A DNA stretch of 64,000 bases from Verrucomicrobiota bacterium (GTDB lineage Bacteria > Verrucomicrobiota > Verrucomicrobiia > Limisphaerales > UBA11358). Positions 25,926 through 36,009 of this stretch are shown piece by piece (position 1 is the stretch's first letter; each line of letters starts with the position of its first letter). The notes below the pieces were generated by a model. It did not search any database. It saw only the letters and a list, made by a program, of their open reading frames with translations, and had not been told where the DNA came from. The translations under genes were made by a program, and so were the position numbers. The stretch spans positions 17,864 to 81,863 of the forward strand of contig JBEKOG010000018.1 of NCBI GenBank assembly GCA_049522015.1, in the 5' to 3' direction.

Positions 25926-27020
25926 TCAGGTGACCTTGACCCACTTGTGTTCCCGGGCGCCTTCGTAAATGGCCTGCATGACGGCGACGCGGGCGACGGC
26001 TTCACCGGGTTTCACCAGCGGTTCATTTTTGGCTCCGCCGACGGCATTGAGAAATTGTTCCAAGGGCGGCGGTGGTGAGGGCGGCAGGCTGGTCCACGGC
26101 TTGCGCGAATCGCTGTCGGCAATTTTCTGACTGCGATAAAACAACTGGCCGTTCAGAATCATCGCGTGACCTTCGGTGCCGCTGATGAGCAATTGCACCG
26201 GGTCTTCGATGTCCACCCAGCCGGCGGCCAGCGTGCCAATCACGCCATTTTTGAACTGGAGCAGCGCTTCGCCGGTTTCGTCGCAATCGCCGTAACGATG
26301 GGTGACGGGATGAATCTCGCCGGTGACGGAATCAATATCGCCCAGCAGCCACATCAGGATGTCAAGTTTGTGGGTGCCCAAATCGCCGAAAGCGCCTACG
26401 CCGGCAATTTTGGGGTCCGCCATCCATCGGTATTCATGGTCAAACCAGCCGCCCAACGAACCATTGTGGCAGTTGGATGCCCGGGCGCGGGTGATGATGC
26501 CAAAATTGCCCCTGGCGATTTCGTCTTTCAGGAAAATATGTTTCGGATCCGTCCGCGAGAAATAGCCGGTGGTGAACAAAACGCCGGCTTTTTCGATGGC
26601 ACTGGCCATCTCCCGGCTTTCTTTGGCGGTGATGCCCAGCGGTTTTTCCACAAACATGTTTTTGCCGGCCTTGGCGGCTGCCAGGACCAGCTCCGGATGC
26701 AGGTTGGTCTCCGCAAGAATGATCACGGCTGAGATTTCCGGATCCGACCAGATGACTTTTAAATCGCTGACGGTTTGCGCGCCCGTATCCCTGGCACGCT
26801 GCTCCGCGCGGTCGGCCTGATGATCCCAGACGTACTTGACGTGCACGTCGGAACGTTTTTTAAGCAAATCAATGTAACCCGGCGTGTGGATGTGCGCCAC
26901 GCCTACGAGCGCCACATTGATTTTGGATCCGGACTGCGCCCAGACCGGCAGGGTGGCCGTGGCCAGGGCAGCGGCACCAGTGGTTTTGATGAATCCCCGG
27001 CGGTTGAGGTTGGAATTCAT
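25926..27020 (-). CDS. Gfo/Idh/MocA-family oxidoreductase with TAT-type signal
   Basis: Inside ORF 25926..27185; ATG at 27020 gives MNSNLNRRGFIKTTGAAALATATLPVWAQ. Followed by the Rossmann NVALVGVAHIH. Confidence 0.8.
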   Translation of the reverse strand: MNSNLNRRGFIKTTGAAALATATLPVWAQSGSKINVALVGVAHIHTPGYIDLLKKRSDVHVKYVWDHQADRAEQRARDTGAQTVSDLKVIWSDPEISAVIILAETNLHPELVLAAAKAGKNMFVEKPLGITAKESREMASAIEKAGVLFTTGYFSRTDPKHIFLKDEIARGNFGIITRARASNCHNGSLGGWFDHEYRWMADPKIAGVGAFGDLGTHKLDILMWLLGDIDSVTGEIHPVTHRYGDCDETGEALLQFKNGVIGTLAAGWVDIEDPVQLLISGTEGHAMILNGQLFYRSQKIADSDSRKPWTSLPPSPPPPLEQFLNAVGGAKNEPLVKPGEAVARVAVMQAIYEGAREHKWVKVT

Positions 27021-27021
27021 A

Positions 27022-28521
27022 TCAAGCCAGTGTCCAGCCGGCGCGATTTTCCCGCTTGATGTACTGGGCCGCCTCCGGCGCGTTGATGGCGCGCATGGCC
27101 TGGCTGTCCCATTCAATCTTTTTGCCCACCCGCAGCGCGACATCGCCCAGCAGCGTGGTTTCCGTGAATGGCGCGGCGATGGCAAACCGCGAGTAACAGA
27201 GTTCCGGCTTGTTTTCCTTGATGGCTGCGATCCATTCCAAATGCTGCCGCTTGTCGTTGTCCCCGGTAAAAAGGTTGCGCGGGATGACCTGCGGGATCTG
27301 CGCCAGGGCCGGGTGTTTTTTGAAGTGCATGAATTTCTTGTCGTCGCGCAGCTTCACGAAAAACTCTTCACCGTAATCATCCGGGGAAAACACGGTGCCG
27401 TTATCGCCGACGAGCAGGCAGCCGCTGCCGGGAACTTCGCCGAGCATTTCGGCGATGTCCACCAGGAGTTCGCGCGGCGGCTTGTTGCTGTCATCGTGAT
27501 TGGTCGGATTGTCCGGGAGCGGCTGACCGCCGTCGTACCACCACAGGGTGACGGGAGCGAACTCAATCGTCTTGTGCGGGTGCAGGAAGGAAAAGAAGCC
27601 TTTGTGTTCGCCTTCGATTTCAAGCTTGCGCGCGGGAAATTGAAACCGGATTTTGGAGCCGATGGGATAAGACTCGCCGTTCATCCCGCCGAAAGCTTCC
27701 GCCTCGATTTCCGTCGGGTTGACCAGGTGCAAGGCGCGGAACGACATGTTCACTGTATGACACGCCATGTCGCCGATCGCCCCGGTGCCAAAGTCCAGCC
27801 AGCCGCGCCAGACGAACGGTTCATAGACTCCCTTTTTGTAAGGGCGCATCGGAGCCGGTCCGATCCAGATATCCCAGTCCAGGGTTTCGGGAACCGGGTC
27901 GGAACCGTTGGGCCGCGCCATGCCCTGCGGCCAGATGGGGCGGTTCGTCCAGATGTGAACATCATGCACCGGCCCGATGATTCCGGCCTGAATACATTCA
28001 ACAGCCCGGCGCAAGCCATCCGCCGCGCTGCCTTGATTGCCCATCTGCGTGACGACGCCAGTTTCCTTCGCGAGGTCGCGGAGGTACCGCGCCTCGTAAA
28101 TCGTCTGAGTCATCGGTTTCTGGCAGTAAACGGCCTTGCCCAGCCGCATGGCGTGGGATGCGGCGATGGCGTGAAAATGATCCGGGGTGGAAACCGTCAC
28201 CGCGTCGATGTTCTTGCCCGACTCATCGAACATTTTGCGGAAATCCTGGTAAAATTTTGCCTGCGGATATTTCTGCCGCTGTCCGGCGCAGTATTCCCCA
28301 TCCACATCGCACAACGCATAGATGCTTTCGCCGTCGCAACAATCCGTATCGCTGACGCCTTTGCCGGCTGCGCCGATCACCCCGATATTCAACTTGCTGT
28401 TCAGATTTTGACCGCGCAGCAGGGTCGGCACTCCGAAGGCCAGCGCCCCGGCGGTCAAGGTGGTGGTTTTCAGGAAGTCGCGACGATTCCAGCGCGAGGA
28501 AGGAGACGTGGTTTTTTTCAT
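27022..28521 (-). CDS. Gfo/Idh/MocA-family oxidoreductase with TAT-type signal
   Basis: Inside ORF 27022..28536; ATG at 28521 gives MKKTTSPSSRWNRRDFLKTTTLTAGALA. Followed by LNIGVIGAAGKG. Its stop abuts the next gene's start. Confidence 0.8.
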   Translation of the reverse strand: MKKTTSPSSRWNRRDFLKTTTLTAGALAFGVPTLLRGQNLNSKLNIGVIGAAGKGVSDTDCCDGESIYALCDVDGEYCAGQRQKYPQAKFYQDFRKMFDESGKNIDAVTVSTPDHFHAIAASHAMRLGKAVYCQKPMTQTIYEARYLRDLAKETGVVTQMGNQGSAADGLRRAVECIQAGIIGPVHDVHIWTNRPIWPQGMARPNGSDPVPETLDWDIWIGPAPMRPYKKGVYEPFVWRGWLDFGTGAIGDMACHTVNMSFRALHLVNPTEIEAEAFGGMNGESYPIGSKIRFQFPARKLEIEGEHKGFFSFLHPHKTIEFAPVTLWWYDGGQPLPDNPTNHDDSNKPPRELLVDIAEMLGEVPGSGCLLVGDNGTVFSPDDYGEEFFVKLRDDKKFMHFKKHPALAQIPQVIPRNLFTGDNDKRQHLEWIAAIKENKPELCYSRFAIAAPFTETTLLGDVALRVGKKIEWDSQAMRAINAPEAAQYIKRENRAGWTLA

Positions 28522-28689
28522 AAAGTTAATGAACAATAAACAAAACCGAATCGCAGAACGAGAAAATGATTTTTCCTCCGATGTTTTCTTATTCGTTAAT
28601 GTTTTCGTTTCAGACGGGCCGCCGCCGGGTGAACGGATTCATCCCGCCTGGAGCGGCCATCGGCCAAAAAGGCTGTGCGTATTTCATTG

Positions 28690-28745
28690 GATTGCATTGT
28701 TTGCGCAATCGGACATTGATTTACGGACATTGATTTACGTTGACA
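28690..28745 (+). promoter_or_regulatory. candidate operator/promoter region: palindrome, 14-bp tandem repeat, TTGACA
   Basis: GATTGC-N9-GCAATC (28690-28710). GGACATTGATTTAC occurs twice in tandem (28711-28724, 28725-28738), immediately followed by TTGACA (28740-28745), about 45 nt upstream of the ATG at 28791. Confidence 0.3.
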
Positions 28746-28790
28746 CGCTGACGCCGCCGCGCAATTTTCATTCAAAGTATCACACCTATC

Positions 28791-29660
28791 ATGAAAACCA
28801 ACAACTTAGTTCTGCTTTTTATACTCGCGGTTGGCCTGTCGTCGGCCGGATCCACCGGCCAGGCCGGACCCATCCCGGCCGATTGCCGGACCGGCGGCTT
28901 TGCCCTCGGCTGCCAGGCCTGGACTTTCCGCGAGTTCACCGTCCTCGACGCCATTGATAAAACCGCAGCCGCCGGGGGCAAGGTTATCGAACTTTACTCA
29001 GGACAAAAATTCAGCGCGGACAGGCCTGGCGTGGTTTTCGATCATAATGCCCCCGACGATATCATCGCCGAGCTAAAGGCCCGTCTGCAAAAAGACGGTA
29101 TCCGCGCCGTGAATTACGGCGTGGTCCCCATTCCCAACAACGAGGCCGAGGCCCGCAAAATATTTGATTTTGCGAAAAAACTCGGGCTCTATGGCATCAC
29201 CACGGAATCGGTGGAATCCATTGACCTTATCGAAAAACTCGTCAAGGAATACAATATCTGTGTCGGGTTTCACGATCATCCGCGCCGTCCGAACGACGCG
29301 AGCTATAAAATGTGGGATCCCAATTACGTGTTGAGCGTCGTCAAGAACCGAGACGCGCGCATCGGCGCGACGGCGGATGTCGGGCATTGGGTCCGCTCCG
29401 GATTAACCCCGGTGGACTGCCTGAAAATCCTGCGAGGCCGGGTCATCAGCGTGCACCTGAAGGATCTGAACGAAAAATCGCCGAACGCCCACGATGTGCC
29501 GTTCGGGACCGGGGTTTGCGATGTCCCGGGCATTCTCAACGAATTGAAACATCAGAAATTTGCCGGCAACATTTCCATCGAATACGAATACAATTGGACA
29601 AATAGTGTCGTCGATGTTGCCCAATGCATCGGCTTCGTCCGCGGTTACGGCGCGAAGTGA
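28791..29660 (+). CDS. sugar phosphate isomerase/epimerase (xylose-isomerase-like TIM barrel) with signal peptide
   Basis: 289 aa with an N-terminal signal. The body (GITTESVESIDLIEKL..., VGFHDHP, ATADVGHW, ISIEYE) is typical of the AP-endonuclease-2/xylose-isomerase-like fold. Confidence 0.7.
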   Translation: MKTNNLVLLFILAVGLSSAGSTGQAGPIPADCRTGGFALGCQAWTFREFTVLDAIDKTAAAGGKVIELYSGQKFSADRPGVVFDHNAPDDIIAELKARLQKDGIRAVNYGVVPIPNNEAEARKIFDFAKKLGLYGITTESVESIDLIEKLVKEYNICVGFHDHPRRPNDASYKMWDPNYVLSVVKNRDARIGATADVGHWVRSGLTPVDCLKILRGRVISVHLKDLNEKSPNAHDVPFGTGVCDVPGILNELKHQKFAGNISIEYEYNWTNSVVDVAQCIGFVRGYGAK

Positions 29661-29663
29661 TTT

Positions 29664-30500
29664 TTATGCCGCCGGCGGCAACGGGCGGTTGCCCAGATGC
29701 CGCCAGCTTCCGCCTTCGTTCAAAAAGACCAGCCACCGGTCGTTGTGAGCCAGGACGCCGGCGATGTCCGGCTCATCCAGCATCATGCACGCCGTCGAGA
29801 GTGCGTCTGACTCGGCGGCGGTATCCGTCAGGGCCCAGGCGCGGTTCCGGCGCGAGCCGGGCAGGCCGGTGCGCGGATCAACAATGTGTTGTCCCCGGAC
29901 GGTCAGGCCCGAACCGCTCAACGAACAGTGCTTCAGCCAGAACCGGTGCGGCGAATGATCGTCGCCCAAACCGCACGACCAGCCCGGAGTTTCCGCCGGC
30001 GGGTCGCCCGCGAGAATGCTGCTGCCGCCGGCGACGAGCAGGAACGCGGGGCAACTCCACTCGCGCAACACTTCAGCCATGCGGTCGAGCGCGAAGCCCT
30101 TGCCGATCGCGCCAAGATCGAACTCCAGCCGTCCGCTGTCGCAGCGGATGGAAAATTCCGTTTCCAGCAAGGACCACAGCGGCTTCGCCAACCGGGTTTT
30201 CATTGCCGCGGCGGTGACCGAAAACGCGCCGCGCATCGCGAGCTCCATCCAGCGGGCGATTTCCAAGCACGCGAAAACCGGCTCGCTCAGGCGAAGTGTG
30301 CCGCCGACGGCCAGTTGCGAGATCTGGGAAATCTCGCTGTCGGCCCGAAACCGGCTCAGCCGGGATTCCAGTTCGTCCGCCAGCGCCAACACGGCCTGGG
30401 CAGCCTGTTCGGCGTAGGCCTTTTCCTCGCCGGCGATGCGCACCTGGAATTGCGTCGCCATCGCGTGGTGGTTGAAAACGTGGATGACCGGCTCACTCAT
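29664..30500 (-). CDS. apbE: FAD:protein FMN transferase (ApbE family)
   Basis: 278 aa with HHAMATQFQVRI, SEISQISQL and DLGAIGKGFALDRMAEVL motifs of ApbE. Confidence 0.75.
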   Translation of the reverse strand: MSEPVIHVFNHHAMATQFQVRIAGEEKAYAEQAAQAVLALADELESRLSRFRADSEISQISQLAVGGTLRLSEPVFACLEIARWMELAMRGAFSVTAAAMKTRLAKPLWSLLETEFSIRCDSGRLEFDLGAIGKGFALDRMAEVLREWSCPAFLLVAGGSSILAGDPPAETPGWSCGLGDDHSPHRFWLKHCSLSGSGLTVRGQHIVDPRTGLPGSRRNRAWALTDTAAESDALSTACMMLDEPDIAGVLAHNDRWLVFLNEGGSWRHLGNRPLPPAA

Positions 30501-31965
30501 GTTTCGGCAAGGTTTCCGGCGGCGTCCACAAAATCAGCAGCACGTTGGGCCGCGCGCCGAAAAATTCCGGCCGGAAATGTCCCAGCCGTTCCGCCAGCGG
30601 GCCGGAAACTTCAGGCGGGGTGATGAAAAAATCCGCCGCGCCGGTTTCCTGTCCCGGCTGCCAGTAACCGACCTGCGAAAAGGTCCGCAGATACCACGGC
30701 AGCGGCCAGGCGTCGGCGGCGACGACGGCGATGCGCGGCTGGGCCAGCTGGCGTTCCCGGCAGATTTCTTCGATGCGCAACGGCAGGCCGAGAATGTCTT
30801 CGGTCGTGTGCGCGTAGGCGAGGGGATTGCGTTCATCGGCTGGACGATCAAAGGCCAGCGTCTTCGTTTGCTTGCCCGCGACCAGGATGAACGCCGCGAT
30901 GGCGATGGCGGCAATCCATCGGCCGGTGGCGGCTTTGATTTGGAGCCAGACGCCTTCGACACCAAAGCCGCACAGGAGCGCCAGCGGCAGCCAGAAATTC
31001 AGCGCCAGCCACGGCGTTTTGTAAGGAATGGCCGAGTAAATCAGGAAAATCAGCACCCCGTAAATCGCCAGCAGCAGCCCGGCCCGGCGCGTGCCGGCAA
31101 CGGCGTCGCAAATCACCGCGTAGATTCCGGTCGCCGCCACGATGAAAAAAAGGAATTGCGGATCCAGAATCGACAAATAATAACCAAAGGGTTTTTCATG
31201 ACCTTGTCCGCCGGCGCGTTCGGCAAAGTGCGGAATCGCCCGGAATAATTCTGCGAGCGCCGACCAGTTTTGCCCAAACCAGGTAAAGAGCAAAATCGAG
31301 GCAGCCAGAAAACTGATCGACGCCGTTAGCAGCATTTTCGCCGGCGGGATTTTTTCGGGTTGCTTGGCCAGCCAAAGGCAAATTACCGCCGCCACGGCAA
31401 GAGCGAAGAAGTGAATAATGGCGGTTTCCTTGCCGGCGAGCATCAGCGCGGCGCAAAATCCAGCCAGAGCGGCGACGAGGATTGAACGGCTCTTCAACGC
31501 GCGTCCGCCGGATAAAATCAATCCCCACGTCGCCGCCACAAACAGGGTTTCGTGGATGAAATAGCGGCTGTAATAAACGGGCAGGGGAGCGACGGCAAAC
31601 AGCAGCGCGGCGATGAGGCAGGGAATGAAGCCGAACATTTCCACACCCGCGCCGAACATCAACACCGTGGCGCTGCCGATGATGACCGGCGTGAGGCGCA
31701 GTTCGGCTTCCGTGAGCCCGGAAAAAGTCTTCGCTCCGCAAAGTTCCACGACCGGTTTGGCGAATAGATACAGGACCGGACCGTGGCGGTCCTGCGGGTC
31801 GTAATGATATTTTTCACCGGCGAGCAACCGGCCGGTGATGTAGGCGTTGATAGATTCGTCCGTGTGCATCGGCCGTTCGCCGAGTTGCGGCAGACGGACG
31901 GCCAGGGCGAGCAGGGCCAGGGCAATGAAGATTGCCCAGCGGATTTTAGGCGGCGGGTTTGCCAA
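30493..31965 (-). CDS. TIGR03663-like GT-C membrane glycosyltransferase family protein
   Basis: 490 aa. The N-terminal RLPQLGERPMHTDESINAYITGRLLAGEKYHYDPQDRHGPVLY plus many TM segments matches the pattern I associate with TIGR03663/ArnT-like proteins. Confidence 0.65.
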   Translation of the reverse strand: MANPPPKIRWAIFIALALLALAVRLPQLGERPMHTDESINAYITGRLLAGEKYHYDPQDRHGPVLYLFAKPVVELCGAKTFSGLTEAELRLTPVIIGSATVLMFGAGVEMFGFIPCLIAALLFAVAPLPVYYSRYFIHETLFVAATWGLILSGGRALKSRSILVAALAGFCAALMLAGKETAIIHFFALAVAAVICLWLAKQPEKIPPAKMLLTASISFLAASILLFTWFGQNWSALAELFRAIPHFAERAGGQGHEKPFGYYLSILDPQFLFFIVAATGIYAVICDAVAGTRRAGLLLAIYGVLIFLIYSAIPYKTPWLALNFWLPLALLCGFGVEGVWLQIKAATGRWIAAIAIAAFILVAGKQTKTLAFDRPADERNPLAYAHTTEDILGLPLRIEEICRERQLAQPRIAVVAADAWPLPWYLRTFSQVGYWQPGQETGAADFFITPPEVSGPLAERLGHFRPEFFGARPNVLLILWTPPETLPKHE

Positions 31966-32590
31966 ACACTTCGACCTCGATGTAGTGGTTCAGTTTGTTG
32001 GTCGTGTTGCCGTTGCTGTAAAGCCGGACGTAGCGGCCCTTGACGCCTTTTGCGTCAATCAATTTGCCTTCGTAGGTTTCGATGTAGGCCTTGTCCTTGC
32101 CGGTGCCGGCGGTGTTGTCAAAAATTGTCGTTACGTCTTTGCTGAAGGTCGGATCGTCGGAAATCTGCACCACGACATCGCGATAGACGCGGGCCTGCGA
32201 GTGGAAATGCCAGACGATGATGGCGTAGATGGCCGCCTCTTTTTCGAGGTCAATCTGCACCCATTGCTTGCCCGGGGCGAGTTCGACCCAGGAGCCTTCA
32301 TCGCCTTCCTTGTCGCCATCAGTGACGAGGTCAAGTGTGCCGACAACGGGTTCGTTGTCGCTGGCGGTGACCTTCTTGCCCCTGGCGAGGTTCGTCGTGC
32401 CGGCGGGAACCATGAAGTCCGGGCGCTTGCCTTTATGCGGCGGCTCCAGATTGGGCACGTTGATCGGTACCGGGGTGCCGACGAACAAGGGGGTGGGCAG
32501 CTTGGTTTGCAGCGGAACCTTGTCCTCCGCGAACACGGCGGTGACGGTCAGCAAAATGGCAATGGTCAGTCTGGCAACGGGTTGGTTCAT
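31946..32590 (-). CDS. discoidin (F5/8 type C) domain protein, secreted
   Basis: Inside ORF 31946..32605; ATG at 32590 gives MNQPVARLTIAILLTV.... The body has KKVTASDNEP...WVQIDLEKEAAIYAIIVWH...GRYVRLYSNGN...EVEVFG. Confidence 0.65.
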   Translation of the reverse strand: MNQPVARLTIAILLTVTAVFAEDKVPLQTKLPTPLFVGTPVPINVPNLEPPHKGKRPDFMVPAGTTNLARGKKVTASDNEPVVGTLDLVTDGDKEGDEGSWVELAPGKQWVQIDLEKEAAIYAIIVWHFHSQARVYRDVVVQISDDPTFSKDVTTIFDNTAGTGKDKAYIETYEGKLIDAKGVKGRYVRLYSNGNTTNKLNHYIEVEVFGKPAA

Positions 32591-32601
32591 ACGAATTTTA
32601 C

Positions 32602-33930
32602 TCAAGCTTCGGTTTCCTGGGGCGTAATTTCAAGTGTTTTGCGCGCGGCGATGGCTTCGTTCGCCTTGTGGATGACGTATTCGCTCGGGAACGCCTCATC
32701 GGCCGGACAGTTCAATTTTGCCTTGCCGCGGATGGCGTTGAAAAAGTTCTCCAGGTGCGGCTGGTGAATTTTTTTGCTGAAGGAGACGGGGATTTCGTAT
32801 TCCGCGAGCTGGGCGGTTTCGCGCACGTCCACTTTCGTGGCATCGGTGGCGGCGGCGGGCGCGGCCCTGGTGCGGAGGTAATTCTTGGCCACGAGTTCGT
32901 CCCAGGACGGGCTTTTGGCTTCCTTGTAAATCGCCGTCAGGTTGGGATTTTCGGATATCTTGAGCGCGCCTTCGTCGCCCATGAAATACTCGAAGTAGCC
33001 GCCGCCGGCGCTCGTCGTCGTCTGCACCTGGTAAAACGCGCGGGCCACGCCGTCGGGCAGGGGATATTCGTAAATCACCATCGCGTTGTCATACCACTCA
33101 TGGTTTTTGTAATAGTCAATCCCGCCGCTGGCCAGCACCGCCCGCGGCTCGACGCCAAACCACCAGTTGAAAATGTCAATCTGATGCGCGCCCAGATCTG
33201 AAAGCGGGCCGCCGCCCAGTCCCTTGAACCAGCGCCAGTTGCGGAACTGGTGCATGTCCGTGTAACCGTATTTGGCGAGCTGCTCCGCCGTCATGTCGGT
33301 GTGCTTCGGCCAGCCGAAGTCGGCGGTGGCGGCGCGGTTCCACTGCGCTTGCGCGGCGGTGAGCCGGCCCAAAAGTTTCGCGGCGCGGATGAGCCGGTTC
33401 AGCGCGAAGAGATAACGCGGATTGCTCCGGCGCTGGTGGCCGATCTGGAGAAGTTTTCCCGTCTCGCGCATCGTCTGCACCATCGAGCGGGCGCCTTCGA
33501 TGGTGTTGCTCATCATCTTTTCGCAATAGACGTGCAGGCCGGCCTTCAGGCAGGCGTTGGTGATGGGCGTGTGCCAGAAATCCGGCGTGGCCACGATCAC
33601 CGCCTGCAAATCCTTTTCATTCGCCAGCAGCTCCTCGTAATTTTCGTAGGTGCGGACCGGGTGGCCCAGCGTCTTGAGATAACGCTGGCCGTAGGTGCGG
33701 GCATAGGGCCAGATGTCCACGATGGCCGTGAGTTGAATGCCTTCAATCGCGAGCAACGACTCCAGCAACACGCGGCCCTGGGCGCCAAAACCGATGAGCG
33801 CGAGGTTCAGCCTGCTGTTCGCGCCGGTGGCCTGGGCCATGACTTTCGCTGGGGAAGCCAGCATCAGACCTGCGCCGGCGGCAGCGGCGGTGCCGATGAA
33901 TTCCCGGCGGTTGAGGGGTTGCGTTACCAT
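32602..33930 (-). CDS. Gfo/Idh/MocA-family oxidoreductase with TAT-type signal
   Basis: 442 aa with MVTQPLNRREFIGTAAAAGAGLMLA followed by LNLALIGFGAQGR. Confidence 0.8.
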   Translation of the reverse strand: MVTQPLNRREFIGTAAAAGAGLMLASPAKVMAQATGANSRLNLALIGFGAQGRVLLESLLAIEGIQLTAIVDIWPYARTYGQRYLKTLGHPVRTYENYEELLANEKDLQAVIVATPDFWHTPITNACLKAGLHVYCEKMMSNTIEGARSMVQTMRETGKLLQIGHQRRSNPRYLFALNRLIRAAKLLGRLTAAQAQWNRAATADFGWPKHTDMTAEQLAKYGYTDMHQFRNWRWFKGLGGGPLSDLGAHQIDIFNWWFGVEPRAVLASGGIDYYKNHEWYDNAMVIYEYPLPDGVARAFYQVQTTTSAGGGYFEYFMGDEGALKISENPNLTAIYKEAKSPSWDELVAKNYLRTRAAPAAATDATKVDVRETAQLAEYEIPVSFSKKIHQPHLENFFNAIRGKAKLNCPADEAFPSEYVIHKANEAIAARKTLEITPQETEA

Positions 33931-34493
33931 TTTTTGAGAAGCGCGAATTTATTGTGTTTGGCGAGCACAAGGGCAAACGCGACCAGCGCCACGTGGATGC
34001 CCAGCCAGGCAATGCCGTCGTCCTGCCGGATCAGAATCAACCCGACCGTCAGCATAATGTAAATGAGGCCCTGCAGGAACAGCGAGAGCCGCGTGCCGAG
34101 GCCGAGCAACAGCATCAGCCCGGTGATGATGAGCGCCGGACCGAGCATATAATTGAATGCCGCGAGGGAGAAATGCGGCAGGAACGGTTCATTGGCGAAC
34201 CGATCCTTCAACGAGGGCGGAATGCCGGAATAATTCGTAAGCGCATAAACTTTTATTTTCACATCCACCATGGCGCCGCTGGGATCCTCCAGGCCGGTGA
34301 CCGGGTCCACCAGCGGCTTTTGAATGATCTGGTAGGCGCCGAATTTTTCGATGCCGGTGGCAATGGCGCGGACCGCCAGCCAGCCGCGCAGGAGGAGAAA
34401 TGCCAGCGTATAGTCGCATTGGCAGTTGCCCGGGGCGGCGTTGTCCGCAGTGTTGCCGCCGCCGGCCTGATGATTTTCTTTTGCGTCGTTCAT
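33924..34493 (-). CDS. small membrane protein (DoxX-like guess)
   Basis: 189 aa with about 4 hydrophobic segments. Overlaps the downstream oxidoreductase start by 7 nt. Family call is weak. Confidence 0.45.
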   Translation of the reverse strand: MNDAKENHQAGGGNTADNAAPGNCQCDYTLAFLLLRGWLAVRAIATGIEKFGAYQIIQKPLVDPVTGLEDPSGAMVDVKIKVYALTNYSGIPPSLKDRFANEPFLPHFSLAAFNYMLGPALIITGLMLLLGLGTRLSLFLQGLIYIMLTVGLILIRQDDGIAWLGIHVALVAFALVLAKHNKFALLKKW

Positions 34494-34593
34494 CTTGTTT
34501 TTAGTGTAATGACAAAACCGGAATTTTAAAAGACTTTAGGGAGTCAGCGGCCTCCGGCAAAGCCGGGGGATTTCTCGAAACTTTAATTTTTGT

Positions 34594-36009
34594 TCAGGCC
34601 AGAACCCACGGCGGGCGGTATTCGCGGGTCAGCAGTTTGCTGGCCTCGGGATCGCCGATGATTTTTTCGTCCCCGACACTCCACCGGATTTTCCGGCCGG
34701 TGAGCATGGAAATCAAACCGAGGTGTCCGGGAATCGAGGAATGATGCCCGGTCTCCACCGGCGTGATGGTTGGCTGACGGGATTTCACGCAATCCAGAAA
34801 ATTCCGCTGGTGGTTGCGGGATTCGTACAATTTCACCTTGCGGAGCCGGTCGGACAGATTCTTGTTGCGCTTCCACTCGGGATTGGAACCTTCGAAGCCC
34901 TCGCGATCCACCCACACCCAGCCGTCGGTGCCAATCCATTTGGTGCCGTTGCGGATGTCGGGATAACCGCCGGCGATGGTCATGGTGATGTCCTCCGGAT
35001 ATTGCAATTCAATCCGGTATTTCGTGCAGGTGTTCCAAATGGCGTTGGCGGGCGGGAAGTCGCCCCGGCCTTCGATCTCCGACGGGCCGGACGCGTCAAA
35101 GCCAAGTCCCCAGTGCGCGATGTCGCAGTGGTGGCCGATCCAGTCGAGCAACTGGCCGCCGCCGGTGTTGTAATTCCAGCGCCAATTCATATGCACCCGG
35201 GCCTGGATGTAAGGCTCCATTTGCGACGGGCCGATCCAGGTTTCGTAATCCAATTCGGCCGGCGGTTCGGACACGGCGGCGTTCCAGGCATCCGTTCCGG
35301 GAATGATGGTGGCCAGGTATTCAGTATTCTCCGGCGGCTGCCCCAGCTTTTTCAGCAGGTCCGGCGCGGTACCGGCGAAATCATGATGGCCGGAGGGCAA
35401 ACCGACCTTGACACGGGTCACTTTGCCGATCAAGCCGTTGCGCACGATTTCCGCCGCTTTGCGAAACGGGGCCTGCGATCGCTGCCAGGAACCCGTCTGC
35501 CAGATGATTTTGTTTTCCTGCACGGCGCGGACAATGGCCTGCTGCTCGGCAATCGTCCGGGCCAGCGGCTTTTCGCCGTAAATATCCTTTCTGTGACGGG
35601 CCGCTTCCGTGGCGACCAGTTCGTGCCAGTGATCCGGCACCGCGAGCATCACAGCGTCAATGTCCGTGCGTGCCATCAGCTCGCGATAATCATGATACGC
35701 CTTGCAGTCCTTGTTTTCGTAATGGTCGTTGATGGTGTCCACCGCGCTTTGCAGATGGTTTTTATCGAGGTCACACGCGGCCACCACCTGGCAATCGTCC
35801 TCATAAAGGAATGACTTGGTGTTGCCCGGCCCCTGCATTCCCCAACCCACCACCCCCAGCGTGATGCGGTTTGAGGCGCGGGTGTGCCGGGTCGAGCCAG
35901 TGGCATAGCCGGGAAGAATCAGGGGTAAAACCATCGCTGCGCCGGTGGTCTTCAGAAATCGCCGGCGGTTGAAGCGTCCCGCTTGTGGATTGGATGATAG
36001 GTCTTGCAT
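34594..36009 (-). CDS. Gfo/Idh/MocA-family oxidoreductase with TAT-type signal
   Basis: 471 aa with NRRRFLKTTGAAMVLPLIL followed by ITLGVVGWGMQG. Confidence 0.8.
   Translation of the reverse strand: MQDLSSNPQAGRFNRRRFLKTTGAAMVLPLILPGYATGSTRHTRASNRITLGVVGWGMQGPGNTKSFLYEDDCQVVAACDLDKNHLQSAVDTINDHYENKDCKAYHDYRELMARTDIDAVMLAVPDHWHELVATEAARHRKDIYGEKPLARTIAEQQAIVRAVQENKIIWQTGSWQRSQAPFRKAAEIVRNGLIGKVTRVKVGLPSGHHDFAGTAPDLLKKLGQPPENTEYLATIIPGTDAWNAAVSEPPAELDYETWIGPSQMEPYIQARVHMNWRWNYNTGGGQLLDWIGHHCDIAHWGLGFDASGPSEIEGRGDFPPANAIWNTCTKYRIELQYPEDITMTIAGGYPDIRNGTKWIGTDGWVWVDREGFEGSNPEWKRNKNLSDRLRKVKLYESRNHQRNFLDCVKSRQPTITPVETGHHSSIPGHLGLISMLTGRKIRWSVGDEKIIGDPEASKLLTREYRPPWVLA

Noticed and set aside
26884-28539. 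551-aa plus-strand ORF (similar long antisense ORFs at 24052..25062, 34723..35814, 43811..44995, 46163..47365, 58433..59653, 16430..17218 and 29886..30623)
   Set aside because: All lie opposite genes with recognisable family motifs and have the Arg/Gly/His-rich composition typical of antisense frames in high-GC genomes.
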